Shown: one piece after another, positions 28,117 through 38,009 of the stretch
Layout of the letters: each line of letters opens with the position of its first letter
How positions within the stretch are numbered: the stretch's first letter is position 1
Assembly: GCA_030603885.1 (NCBI GenBank)
Contig: JAUVWW010000002.1
Location: 21,991 to 85,990 of the forward strand
Origin: a bacterium
GTDB taxonomy: Bacteria > Patescibacteriota > JABMPQ01 > JAUVWW01
Reading direction: 5' to 3'
Length of the DNA stretch: 64,000 nucleotides
Position numbers and translations under genes: made by a program
The notes under the pieces: model-generated
What the model was told of the DNA's origin: nothing
The model's input: the letters and a program-made list of their open reading frames with translations, nothing else
The model's database searches: none

Positions 28117-31041
28117 ATGTTTAAGAAAGTAGACGCAAGACCAGGCTTTCCGAAATTAGAACATAAGATTTTGGATTTTTGGGAAAAGAATAAGTGTTTT
28201 GAGAAACTGCAAAAGAAACTCAAAGGCAAAAAGCATTGGTCGTTTATTGATGGACCGATGACAGCCAATAATCCTATGGGTGTTCACCATGCCTGGGGAA
28301 GGACTTATAAAGATGTTTTTCAGCGATATAAGGCCATGCAAGGATTTGATCAGCGTTGGCAAAATGGATTTGACTGTCAAGGACTTTGGGTTGAAGTGGA
28401 GGTGGAGAAAGAATTAGGTTTTAAATCCAAGAAAGACATTATAAATTACGGATTAGAAAATTTTTCCAAAGCTTGTAGAGCCAGGGTTGATAAATATTCT
28501 AAGATCCAAACTGAACAATCAAAAAGATTGGGTCAGTGGATGGATTGGGAAAATTCTTATTATACTATGTCCGATACCAATATTGAGTATATCTGGTATT
28601 TTTTGAGGAAATGTTACCAAAAAGGATGGCTCTATCGAGGAACTAATGTTATGCCTTGGTGTACTCGTTGTGGAACTTCTCTTTCTCAACACGAGTTAGC
28701 TGACGTTTATAAAGAAGTGATACATGATGCTGTTTATATACAGTTGCCCATAAAAGACAGAAAGAACGAGTACCTTTTAGTTTGGACTACTACTCCCTGG
28801 ACTTTAACTTCCAATACAGCTTGTGCGGTTAATCCTAATTTGACTTATGTAAAGGTTAAACTCGCGAGCCATCCTGCCTCACAATACCTGATTCTAGCCA
28901 AAGCTAGATTAGAAGTTTTAGAAGGGATGGATTATGAAGTAGTAGAGGAATTTAAGGGTCAAGACTTGGTTGGGCTTGAATATATCGGTCCTTTTGATGA
29001 ACTGGAAGCTCAAAAAGATGTAGTTCATAAAATTATACCTTGGAAAGAGGTATCAGAAATTGAAGGAACAGGCATTGTTCATATTGCTCCCGGTTGTGGT
29101 CAGGAAGATCATCAATTAGGAAAAGAGCATAAATTAGCTGAGATTGCTCCTCTAGATGAATTTGGAATTTATAAAGAAGGTTTTGCTTGGCTAACGGGCC
29201 GGGATGTACATGAAGTTAGAGACGATATTTACAAAGATTTAAAAAAGAAAGGTTATTTCTTTAAGTCAGAAAAATATAAACATAGATATCCTCACTGTTG
29301 GCGTTGTGGAAAAGAACTAGTTTTTCGGCTAGTTGAAGAATGGTTTATTAAATCACGGGAAATCCGAGAGCCAATGATGAAAGAAGCAAAAAAAGTAAAA
29401 TGGCTGCCTAGCCATGTAGGTAAATTAATGCAAGATTGGTTGATCAATATGCAAGATTGGTGTATTTCTCGTAAGAGATTTTGGGGATTGCCTCTGCCTT
29501 TTTATCCTTGCAAATGTGGTGAGATAGTTATTATTGAATCTAAAGAAGAATTAAAGAAGAAAGCATTGGATCCTAAAAAAGTCGATGATCTTTTAGAACT
29601 TCATCGGCCTTGGATAGATGAAATAAAAATTAAATGCCCAAAATGTGGAAAACCAGTCTCTAGAATTCCAGAAGTAGGTGACTGCTGGCTTGATGCTGGC
29701 ATTGTGCCTTTTTCAACATTGAAATATTTAAAAGAACCTAGCTATTGGCAAAAATGGTTTCCAGCCAAATTAGTTTGTGAAATGAGAGAGCAAGTAAGAC
29801 TTTGGTTTTACTCTTTACTTTTTATGTCTGTTACCTTGGAAAACAAAGCCTCTTATGAAACGGCCTTTACTTATGAAAAACTTTTGGATGAAAAAGGTCA
29901 AGCCATGCATAAATCTCTTGGTAATGTTATTTGGTTTGATGAAGCAGCAGAAAAGATGGGGGCTGATGTTATGCGTTGGCTTTACTGTGCTCAAAATCCA
30001 GCTTATAACGTCCTTTTTGGCTATAAGATGGCTGGTGTAGCTAGAAGAAAGTTGCTTTTGCTTTGGAATGTATATTTGTTTTTTGTTAATTATGCCATTA
30101 TTGATAAATTTAAGCCCAGCCATAAGCTACCAGCTATAAGCCACAGGCTAGATAAATGGATTCTTTCCTCTCTAAATACTCTCATTTTAGAAGCAACAAA
30201 TAGACTAGAAAAATATGATCTGGCTGAAGTTATGAGGTTGTTAGAAAAGTTTTTGGATGACCTTTCCACTTGGTATGTACGTCGTTCAAGAAGAAGATTC
30301 TGGAAGGCAGAGAATAAAGAAGATAAAAGACAAGCTTATGAAACCCTATATGAAGTGTTGACAAAATACATTCGGTTGTTGGCTCCCATTTTACCATTTG
30401 TAACTGAAGAGATATATCAGAATCTAGTAACAGGGGTCATGAAGGGTGTTCCAGAGTCTGTTCATCTCTGCAGTTGGCCAAAAGCTAATGAAAAGGTAAT
30501 TGATAAAAAACTGAACGAAAAAATGCAGTTAGTTCGAGATGTTGTAGCTTTGGGACTGAGCTTAAGGGTAGAAAATAAAATTAAGGTGAAGCAGCCCCTC
30601 GAGAAGTTAGAAGTTAAGACTAAGAAGTTAAAAGTTAAAGAAGATCAAGATCTCCTAGATTTAATAAAAGACGAGCTTAATGTTAAAGAAGTCTCAATAG
30701 TCGAAAAAATAGGAAAGGATCTAAAAACCAAAGAAGAAAAAGATTTAGAAGTTGGCCTTGATATTAAAATTACTCCAGAACTAAAACAAGAAGGAATAGC
30801 TCGTGAGCTAATTCGACATATTCAAAATATGCGCAAGCGGGCTGAATATAGTGTTAATGATCAAATTACTAGTTATTTTCAGACTGATGATGAGGAGATT
30901 CTAGAAATGATTAGCAATTTTGGTGATTATATCAAACAAGAGACTATATCTTTGGAACTCGAGAAAGAAAAGGAAAAAGTGGACGTGGAAAAAGAAGTCG
31001 AAATAAATGGACTGAGGGTTTGGCTAGGAGTGAAAAAATGA
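28117..31041 (+). CDS. ileS: isoleucine--tRNA ligase (type 2-like)
   Basis: CP1 editing motif WTTTPWTLTSNTACAVNP, WCISRKRFWGLPLP, and a C-terminal Zn-finger (CPKCGK). The HIGH region reads GVHH and the KMSKS region reads AMHKS. Confidence 0.85.
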   Translation: MFKKVDARPGFPKLEHKILDFWEKNKCFEKLQKKLKGKKHWSFIDGPMTANNPMGVHHAWGRTYKDVFQRYKAMQGFDQRWQNGFDCQGLWVEVEVEKELGFKSKKDIINYGLENFSKACRARVDKYSKIQTEQSKRLGQWMDWENSYYTMSDTNIEYIWYFLRKCYQKGWLYRGTNVMPWCTRCGTSLSQHELADVYKEVIHDAVYIQLPIKDRKNEYLLVWTTTPWTLTSNTACAVNPNLTYVKVKLASHPASQYLILAKARLEVLEGMDYEVVEEFKGQDLVGLEYIGPFDELEAQKDVVHKIIPWKEVSEIEGTGIVHIAPGCGQEDHQLGKEHKLAEIAPLDEFGIYKEGFAWLTGRDVHEVRDDIYKDLKKKGYFFKSEKYKHRYPHCWRCGKELVFRLVEEWFIKSREIREPMMKEAKKVKWLPSHVGKLMQDWLINMQDWCISRKRFWGLPLPFYPCKCGEIVIIESKEELKKKALDPKKVDDLLELHRPWIDEIKIKCPKCGKPVSRIPEVGDCWLDAGIVPFSTLKYLKEPSYWQKWFPAKLVCEMREQVRLWFYSLLFMSVTLENKASYETAFTYEKLLDEKGQAMHKSLGNVIWFDEAAEKMGADVMRWLYCAQNPAYNVLFGYKMAGVARRKLLLLWNVYLFFVNYAIIDKFKPSHKLPAISHRLDKWILSSLNTLILEATNRLEKYDLAEVMRLLEKFLDDLSTWYVRRSRRRFWKAENKEDKRQAYETLYEVLTKYIRLLAPILPFVTEEIYQNLVTGVMKGVPESVHLCSWPKANEKVIDKKLNEKMQLVRDVVALGLSLRVENKIKVKQPLEKLEVKTKKLKVKEDQDLLDLIKDELNVKEVSIVEKIGKDLKTKEEKDLEVGLDIKITPELKQEGIARELIRHIQNMRKRAEYSVNDQITSYFQTDDEEILEMISNFGDYIKQETISLELEKEKEKVDVEKEVEINGLRVWLGVKK

Positions 31042-31814
31042 AAATTTACAAAACAAAAGGAATAGTCTTAAGACGACAAGATTTGGGTGAAGCAGATCGG
31101 ATTTTGACTATTTATACTTCTAAGTATGGGAAAGTTAGAGCTAAAGCCTTGGGTGTAAGAAAAGTCTTAAGCAAACTTGGAGGACATCTTGAGCTATTTA
31201 ATATAGTTGATTTATCACTAGTCGAAGGAAAAGGTCTGGATACTATCACTGCTTGCAGGGCTCAAGAGAGTTTTCGTAATCTAAGAGCTGATCTAAAGAA
31301 GACCAGTCTAGCCTACTATGTAGTAGAACTTTTAGATAAGCTTACCCCAGAGAAACAAAAAGATTATCGGATTTTCAAATTACTTAAGGAGATCTTGGCA
31401 ACTTTAAATCAAAAAACAATCATAGGCACTGATAAGCTTTATCTAGTTATACGCTCATTTGAATTGAGGTTTCTGTCTCTTTTAGGTTATGCTCCTCAAT
31501 TAAAAAAATGTCTGACTTGTGGAAAATTAATTAAACCTAATTTAAATTATTTTAGTCTTAAACTGGGGGGACTTTTATGTGCTAGATGCAGAAAGCAGGA
31601 TATAAGAAGTACAAAGATAACCCCTAATGCTATAAAAACAATAAGATATCTTTTAGAAAAAGATTTTAGCCTCACCGTTAGACTGAAATTAGACAAGCCG
31701 TTATTTAAAGAAGCAAGAAACATTGTAAGCAATTTTGTTAAGTATATTTTACAAAGAGAACTTAAAGCAAGGGATTTTGTAAAGAAGATAGAGAAATTAG
31801 AGAGGTTTGCTTGA
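31038..31814 (+). CDS. recO: DNA repair protein RecO
   Basis: N-terminal OB-fold (KTKGIVLRRQDLGEADRILTIYT) and Zn-finger CLTCGK...CARC. I chose the Met at 31038, giving a 4-nt overlap with ileS. Confidence 0.75.
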   Translation: MKIYKTKGIVLRRQDLGEADRILTIYTSKYGKVRAKALGVRKVLSKLGGHLELFNIVDLSLVEGKGLDTITACRAQESFRNLRADLKKTSLAYYVVELLDKLTPEKQKDYRIFKLLKEILATLNQKTIIGTDKLYLVIRSFELRFLSLLGYAPQLKKCLTCGKLIKPNLNYFSLKLGGLLCARCRKQDIRSTKITPNAIKTIRYLLEKDFSLTVRLKLDKPLFKEARNIVSNFVKYILQRELKARDFVKKIEKLERFA

Positions 31815-31868
31815 CTTTAGATTTAAAAAATACTAGAATTTTAATAGATAAATAATCATTTAGCTGTT

Positions 31869-33752
31869 ATGGTAGACTTTTCTAAAAAACATAACATAGA
31901 TGGGTTAACTGTTTACAGTAAGCCTGGCACCAAAGTTCCAGGTTTGACGCCAGTTAAGACTTCTAGAGAAGAGGTTGAGAAGGAAACAGTTAATATAGAA
32001 GAAATTAATAGAAGGCTTCAAAAAGCCTCTCCAACCAGTAAGAGAAAAGTGAGTAAGAAAAAAGTCTTGATTACAATCGGAATAATTGTGGCTATTTTAG
32101 CATTAGGTGGACTGGGTGTTTGGTTTACCATCAGAAAGCCTACTTTTTTAGGATCCAAAGTAGATTTTGAAGTCCGGGGACCTGAAACAATCGCTTCAGG
32201 AGAAACTTTTTCTTATGAATTCCTTTGTAATAATAAAGAAGAAGTGGCTATAGAAAATATAGAGATTGAGGTAATTTACCCCGAAGGATTTATTTTTATA
32301 TCTTCTGATCCCGAGGTATCAAGTGAACATACCTGGGTTATAGATAAAATTGAAGCTCATTCAGAGAAAAAAATAGTCGCCTCGGGACAGTTAATTGGTG
32401 AGCCGGATCAAGACAAAGAAATCAGGGTTAATTTCTCGTATAAGCCCCAAAATGTCAGTTCTCGTTTTAGTCAAGAAAAGAAACTGATTACTAAGATCTC
32501 TACTTATGGTATTACCCTAGCTGGTGATTTAGCAGAGAATATTCCTCAAGACTCAGAAATAGAATGGATAATAAAGTATGGTAACATCACAAGAAATGCT
32601 ATTTCTGGAATAATGATCGAAGTTCAGTACCCAGATGGTTTTGAATTTTCATCTTCAGATACAGAACCCTCTGATGATAATAATGTTTGGAGTGATCTAA
32701 GTTTGGAATCTAACCAAGAACAAGAGATAAGAATAAAAGGCACTTTGTCTGGTGAACCAGATGAAAGTAAGATTTTTAAAGCTAACCTTAGTCTTGTTGC
32801 AGGTGGCCAGACTTTTCCTCAGCAAAAAATCGAAAGTAAGGTTAAACTAATTAAGACAGAAATAGAAATCAGCCATTCGGTTAATAAAAAAGTTGCTAGT
32901 CCAAGTGAGGAAGTAGAATTTACGACTAAAATTAAAAACATAAGCAATGTAACATTTGAGAATGTTATTATTAATAATAATCTAGATTTAGATATCGTAG
33001 ATGGTGGGTCTATCGAAGCTGTAGATGGGAAGATCACATCTGAAAAAATATTTTGGTCTAAAGATACCTTGGAGAGCCTTGCTTCCCTAAAGCCAGATCA
33101 AGAAATAACTGTTAGTTTGAAGGCTAGGATAAAAGAGACTATTGAAGTAAGTAAGGCAGAGGATAAGAATTTTGTTTTAAAGAATAAAGTCATGACAGAA
33201 GCTGACGTAGAAGAGATTCACCAGGTACTTGATGAAAGTAGTGAGACTGAAACCAAAATTGCTACCAGCCTCAGTCTCAGGTCTGAAGGACATTATGTGG
33301 ATTATGAAGGAAGAAAGGTTGGTTCAGGACCAATACCTCCCAAGGCAGGCAAAATCACCTCTTACGTAATTTATTGGTATGTTAGTAATAAGACTAACGA
33401 TGCAGAAAAGGTCAAGGTGACTGCTGTTTTACCAAAAGGTGTAAAATGGACTGGAAAAACTACAATATCTGATGGCACCATTTCTTTTGATTCTAAAACG
33501 AGAAAGATTACTTGGAATATTGGAGATATTCCTGCAAATAGTGGCAGCCTACTTCCTGGCCTTGAAGCTACTTTTGAAATTTCAATTGCTCCTAAAGCGT
33601 CAGATGTGGGAAAAATTCTTCCACTTTTAGGTGAGACTACTATCTTAGGTACTGATAGTTTCTGTAATATTGAAGTTTTAGATTCAGCTGAGGCTATTAC
33701 CACAGATCTGGAATACGATGTCAAAGCAAAGGGTAAAGGGAAAGTGGTCTAG
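31869..33752 (+). CDS. membrane-anchored surface protein with repeated beta-sandwich (DUF11-like) domains
   Basis: N-terminal TM anchor (ITIGIIVAILALGGLGVWF) followed by repeated ~100-aa units (EVIYPEGFIFISSDPE / EVQYPDGFEFSSSDTEP ...). Confidence 0.5.
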   Translation: MVDFSKKHNIDGLTVYSKPGTKVPGLTPVKTSREEVEKETVNIEEINRRLQKASPTSKRKVSKKKVLITIGIIVAILALGGLGVWFTIRKPTFLGSKVDFEVRGPETIASGETFSYEFLCNNKEEVAIENIEIEVIYPEGFIFISSDPEVSSEHTWVIDKIEAHSEKKIVASGQLIGEPDQDKEIRVNFSYKPQNVSSRFSQEKKLITKISTYGITLAGDLAENIPQDSEIEWIIKYGNITRNAISGIMIEVQYPDGFEFSSSDTEPSDDNNVWSDLSLESNQEQEIRIKGTLSGEPDESKIFKANLSLVAGGQTFPQQKIESKVKLIKTEIEISHSVNKKVASPSEEVEFTTKIKNISNVTFENVIINNNLDLDIVDGGSIEAVDGKITSEKIFWSKDTLESLASLKPDQEITVSLKARIKETIEVSKAEDKNFVLKNKVMTEADVEEIHQVLDESSETETKIATSLSLRSEGHYVDYEGRKVGSGPIPPKAGKITSYVIYWYVSNKTNDAEKVKVTAVLPKGVKWTGKTTISDGTISFDSKTRKITWNIGDIPANSGSLLPGLEATFEISIAPKASDVGKILPLLGETTILGTDSFCNIEVLDSAEAITTDLEYDVKAKGKGKVV

Positions 33753-33766
33753 GAGAAGGGGTAAAT

Positions 33767-34930
33767 ATGCAATTTAAAATTTTAAAAAAAGATAGGCAAT
33801 CCAAGGCACGCATTGGTCTACTTAAGACTACTCACGGGGAAATCAGAACCCCGTTTTTTATGCCCATTGCTACTAAAGGTTCGATAAAAGGAGTTGCACC
33901 TGGAGAATTGAAAGATCTCGAAGCTCAGATTATTTTAGCCAATACTTATCATTTATATTTGAGGCCTGGGCATAAGCTGATAGAGAAGTTGGGTGGTTTG
34001 CATAAATTTATGAATTGGTCAGGACCTGTCTTAACAGACTCTGGTGGATTTCAAGTTTTTAGTCTGGCTAAGATAAATAAAGTTTTAGATCAAGGGGTTG
34101 ATTTTCAGTGCGACATTGATGGTGGGCACTGTTTTTTATCTCCAGAAAAATCAATTGAGATACAGATGAGCCTAGGTTCTGATATTATGATGGTCTTAGA
34201 TGATGTGGTACCTTATCCCTGTGATCACAGACGGGCTAAAGAAGCAGTAGAAAGAACTACAAATTGGGCTCAAAGAAGCAAGGATTATTGGGCTCACCAT
34301 CCTGCCTCGTCGCTCAGGAAGGAATCCCCCCACCTTCGGTGGGTCCCTCCTTATTCGCACTCGGCAGGAAGAGCTCGCCCTATGCTTTTTGGCATAGTTC
34401 AGGGCTCAACCTACAAAGACCTGCGTCTAAAAAGCGCCAAAGATATAGTTAAATTGAATTTCGATGGTTATGCTATTGGAGGACTGGCCGTAGGTGAACC
34501 TAAAGAAGAAATGTGGGAGGTATTAGATTATTTAATACCAGAGCTACCCGAGGATAGACCAAGATATTTAATGGGTTTAGGCAAGCCGGAGGATATTGTG
34601 GAGGCGGTGAAACGAGGGATTGATATGTTTGACTGTGTGATTCCTACTAGGAATGCTAGGCATGGAGCTTTATTTGTCTGGACAAAAAGTAATGCTATCA
34701 GAGGAAAATTTTACCATATTCTTAAAATTAAGAATCAAGAATTTGCCGAGGATAAAGAATCTATTGATAAAACCTGCGATTGTTATACTTGTCAAAACTT
34801 CTCTCGAGCCTATCTTCGTCATCTGTTCATGACTGAAGATCCTTTAGGCCAAAGATTGGCTACCATACATAATCTAAGATTTTATCTTAGACTAATGGAG
34901 AAAATAAGGAAAGAAATTGAAAAATCTTAA
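33767..34930 (+). CDS. tgt: queuine tRNA-ribosyltransferase
   Basis: TTHGEIRTPFFMPIATKG, LANTYHLYLRPG, DSGGFQV, LFGIVQG, and Zn-site CxCxxC...H near the C-terminus. Contains an in-frame GC-rich insertion (see repeat feature). Confidence 0.85.
   Translation: MQFKILKKDRQSKARIGLLKTTHGEIRTPFFMPIATKGSIKGVAPGELKDLEAQIILANTYHLYLRPGHKLIEKLGGLHKFMNWSGPVLTDSGGFQVFSLAKINKVLDQGVDFQCDIDGGHCFLSPEKSIEIQMSLGSDIMMVLDDVVPYPCDHRRAKEAVERTTNWAQRSKDYWAHHPASSLRKESPHLRWVPPYSHSAGRARPMLFGIVQGSTYKDLRLKSAKDIVKLNFDGYAIGGLAVGEPKEEMWEVLDYLIPELPEDRPRYLMGLGKPEDIVEAVKRGIDMFDCVIPTRNARHGALFVWTKSNAIRGKFYHILKIKNQEFAEDKESIDKTCDCYTCQNFSRAYLRHLFMTEDPLGQRLATIHNLRFYLRLMEKIRKEIEKS
34296..34382. repeat. GC-rich palindromic element inserted in-frame in tgt
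   Basis: Outer stem CCTGCC/GGCAGG and inner CCCACC-TTCG-GTGGG (UUCG tetraloop). About 65% GC against a ~35% background. Confidence 0.5.
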
Positions 34931-34962
34931 TTCTTTGGTAATTAGTTCTATTTCTTGGAATT

Positions 34963-35000
34963 AAAAAAAACAGAAGTGAAAGTAAAGCTTCTGCTTTTTT
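34963..35000. terminator. bidirectional terminator (A-run, CAGAAG/CTTCTG hairpin, T-run) between convergent genes
   Basis: Seen in sequence. Confidence 0.5.
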
Positions 35001-35009
35001 AAATTTTGA

Positions 35010-35801
35010 TTATTTTATTTCAATGACTTTGATTTTTGGTGGGGACTCGAGTGATATTCGTAAGCCCTGTTCTTGTAAATTTTTTAGCATCTTTTCTTGT
35101 GATCGGAACTCTTCCAATGTTAGATGTAAAACTTCTGCTTTGGCAATATCTTTTGCTTCTTGGGTAATGGCCATATTCTTAGGTAGTTTTTCATTCCTAC
35201 CAATAAAGAAAACTTCATATTGGATAGGAGATTTTACTTCTTCTCCACTTTCTTCAGTGACCAGAGTTCCGCTTTTACTCTTTATAGCTTCACGGAGTTT
35301 ATTATCACCTTTTGCCTCACTATAATCAGTTACTTCTAATTGGGCAAAGTTACGTTTGTCAAAGCCAGTGATTTTATACGCTTCTACTCTTCCCTCTTCT
35401 AAAGCCTTATCAAATTCTGCTTGTTCTTTTTTAGCCTCTTCTAATCTTAGCTCTTCTTCTTCAGGTGCTAAAGTGATTGCTGCGGCTGTTTCAGTAGGAC
35501 CACTAATATTATCTTTTTTTATGTCAGCTGCTTTTGCAGATTCACCTGGTTCTTCGAAAATTGTTAATTTTTCTGCTGCGGCTGCACTAATACCACTTGC
35601 TAAAAAAGTAGTGATCAAGAATGCTGCCCTCATCTTAGGTGATGTTTCTAAACTAAGGAATTTTTTTTCTTTTTCTATCATTCCCTTTTGAATCCCTTTG
35701 ATTTTTTCTTTTTCTATTTCTAGTGAAGGTTCTTTGTACATTATTTTTCCTTTTCTAATTTTTTTAAAATTGATTCTTCTGCATTTAATAAACGATCCCA
35801 A
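35010..35801 (-). CDS. hypothetical secreted/acidic protein (start uncertain)
   Basis: Internal signal-peptide-like MRAAFLITTFLASGISAAAA, so the true start may be at ~35633. No family recognised. Confidence 0.4.
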   Translation of the reverse strand: MGSFIKCRRINFKKIRKGKIMYKEPSLEIEKEKIKGIQKGMIEKEKKFLSLETSPKMRAAFLITTFLASGISAAAAEKLTIFEEPGESAKAADIKKDNISGPTETAAAITLAPEEEELRLEEAKKEQAEFDKALEEGRVEAYKITGFDKRNFAQLEVTDYSEAKGDNKLREAIKSKSGTLVTEESGEEVKSPIQYEVFFIGRNEKLPKNMAITQEAKDIAKAEVLHLTLEEFRSQEKMLKNLQEQGLRISLESPPKIKVIEIK

Positions 35802-36016
35802 GCTTTTTCATCTCCTTTTTGTAATAAATCAATTTTATACTTGAGAATTCTATTCAAAATCAATAATTGATAAGGTTTTTTCTTAATTACCAATATTAAG
35901 TTATTCAACTGCTGATCATCTAAATTGGAAACCAGCTTGGTCCATAGAAACTTATCAGCTGGAGAAAGAATAGAATTTCTAATTTGTAGATCAAATTCTT
36001 TTTTGAATTTAGACAT
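35741..36016 (-). CDS. hypothetical protein (91 aa)
   Basis: ORF only. It overlaps the downstream gene by 60 nt if that gene uses the long start. Confidence 0.3.
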   Translation of the reverse strand: MSKFKKEFDLQIRNSILSPADKFLWTKLVSNLDDQQLNNLILVIKKKPYQLLILNRILKYKIDLLQKGDEKAWDRLLNAEESILKKLEKEK

Positions 36017-36428
36017 AGGATTAAGTTATCTACTTTTATTTTAGCACTTTTTATATTTTATGTAAAATGTCTGATTAGAAATTAATATAATTTATGTTTA
36101 AAAAAGGAAAAAAGCGGCAGGAAGGGACTTTTAGGTGTATAGACAATGCTATTTGATACCTGTCCTATCCAGAACCATTTTAGACCAACTAGGAAGCAGT
36201 TCTTTGTTGGGTCTAAAATATTATAGGTCTGGATACCTTTTTAGTTTAGAGCCCAAGGGGGATTCTTTTTGTTGCTTTATTTGGGCCTAAAAAGGTCTTC
36301 TCCCGCCTAGTCGGCGGGGCCGCTTTTCCATATATATTATAAGCATAAAAAAAACTTTTTGTCAAGTTTTTCTTACTATGCTATAATTTAACTACTATAA
36401 GTATGTTAATAACTTTTAAGAGTATTCT

Positions 36429-37742
36429 ATGCCAGTGATCATGGATAAAATTGTCTCTTTATGCAAACGCCGTGGGTTTATTTATCAATCTTCAGAAATT
36501 TATGGTGGCTTTGGTAGTTGCTATGATTATGGTCCCATAGGAGTAGAGCTGAAAAACAATATTAAACGAGTTTGGTGGAAGGCCATGGTTCAAGACAGAG
36601 CAGATGTGGTTGGTTTAGATTCGGCTGTTATTATGTCTCCCAAGGTTTGGGAGGCCTCGGGACACCTTACCGCCGGATTTGCTGATGAATTAGTCGAGTG
36701 TAAAAAATGTCATCATCGTTTTAAGGCTGATGAGCTGAAAGATAAGACTAAATGTCCAGACTGTGGAGGAAAGTTAACCATTCCCAAAAAGTTCAATCTA
36801 ATGATGCAGACTTATGTTGGTCCAGTACAAGATGAAGCAGCCAAGACCTATCTTCGAGCAGAAACTTGTCAGGGAATTTATGTCAATTTTGAAAATGTTT
36901 TAGATACCATGAGAATGAAAATTCCCTTTGGCATTGCCCAGATTGGAAAGGCATTTCGTAATGAGATTACCCCGGGGAATTTTACTTTTCGTACCAGAGA
37001 ATTTGAACAGATGGAGATGCAATACTTTATTAAGCCAGGGGATAATGATAAATATTTTGATGAGTGGAAAAAACAAAGAATGGATTGGTATCTCAATAAT
37101 TTAGGTATAAAAAAAGAGAATCTGCGTTTTCGAGAACATTCTAAAGAAGAATTGCCACACTATGCCAGAAAGGCAGTTGATATAGAATATAATTATCCTT
37201 TTGGATTTAAAGAATTTGAAGGCATCCATGATCGAGGAGATTGGGATTTATCTAACCATGCCAAACATTCAGGTAAGGATTTTTCTTATTTTGATGAGAA
37301 GACAAAAAAGAAATATATTCCTAATGTAGTAGAAACCTCAGGCGGTGTAGATCGTTCTGCCTTAGTCGTCTTACTTGATGCTTATCATGAAGAAAAGGTT
37401 CGAAAAGAAACCAGGGTAGTTTTAAAACTGGACAAAGATCTAGCTCCAATCAAGGTAGCTGTTCTGCCTTTAGTTCGCAATAAAGAAGAAATAGTCAAGA
37501 AAGCAAAAGAGGTCTATGAAATACTCAAACCTCATTTTATGTCTATGTATGATGATACCGGCTCAATTGGAAGACTTTACAGAAGACAAGACGAAATTGG
37601 AACACCTTTTTGTATAACTATTGATTTTGATACTTTAGAAGATAAAAAAGTTACCGTAAGAGATCGAGATACCATGAAACAAGATAGGGTAGCTATTGAT
37701 AAATTAATAGATTTTTTGCAGGACAAGTTAGCTAAAAGATAA
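36429..37742 (+). CDS. glyQS: glycine--tRNA ligase (alpha2 dimeric type)
   Basis: Class II motifs. RGFIYQSSEIYGGFGSCYDYGPIGVELKNN at the N-terminus and ..FRNEITPG.. motif 2. Confidence 0.9.
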   Translation: MPVIMDKIVSLCKRRGFIYQSSEIYGGFGSCYDYGPIGVELKNNIKRVWWKAMVQDRADVVGLDSAVIMSPKVWEASGHLTAGFADELVECKKCHHRFKADELKDKTKCPDCGGKLTIPKKFNLMMQTYVGPVQDEAAKTYLRAETCQGIYVNFENVLDTMRMKIPFGIAQIGKAFRNEITPGNFTFRTREFEQMEMQYFIKPGDNDKYFDEWKKQRMDWYLNNLGIKKENLRFREHSKEELPHYARKAVDIEYNYPFGFKEFEGIHDRGDWDLSNHAKHSGKDFSYFDEKTKKKYIPNVVETSGGVDRSALVVLLDAYHEEKVRKETRVVLKLDKDLAPIKVAVLPLVRNKEEIVKKAKEVYEILKPHFMSMYDDTGSIGRLYRRQDEIGTPFCITIDFDTLEDKKVTVRDRDTMKQDRVAIDKLIDFLQDKLAKR

Positions 37743-37794
37743 AAGCTTTAAATGGATGTAGAAGTTGTTATTTTAGTGCGGGCTGCGAAGGGAG

Positions 37795-38004
37795 GTGAGT
37801 ATCATGCCAGTGGTAAAAGTAATTGAGCTTTTGGGAACATCAACCGAAAGCTTTGATGATGCCCTAAAACAAGCGGTGGAGCGAGCTTGCAAGACTATCC
37901 GAGGAGTGAGGGGTTTAGATGTGGTTAGTCAAAATGTGGTGGTTAAAGATGGAAAAATTACAGAATATAGAGTAAATGTAAAAGTGGCCTTTGGCCTTGA
38001 GTAG
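37795..38004 (+). CDS. dodecin family flavin-binding protein
   Basis: 68-69 aa. The VVKVIELLGTSTESFDDALKQAVERA ... VKVAFGLE pattern is typical of dodecin. Confidence 0.6.
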   Translation: MSIMPVVKVIELLGTSTESFDDALKQAVERACKTIRGVRGLDVVSQNVVVKDGKITEYRVNVKVAFGLE

Positions 38005-38009
38005 AATTT

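Noticed and set aside
34264-34452. 62-aa alternative-frame ORF across the GC-rich insert in tgt
   Set aside because: Created by the GC-rich palindrome. The tgt frame is continuous and conserved on both sides.
36017-36428. Possible T-box leader upstream of glyQS
   Set aside because: A GC-rich hairpin (CCCGCC-TAGTC-GGCGGG) is present, but I could not find the conserved T-box sequence (AGGGTGGNACCGCG) or a specifier-loop arrangement. Left unannotated.
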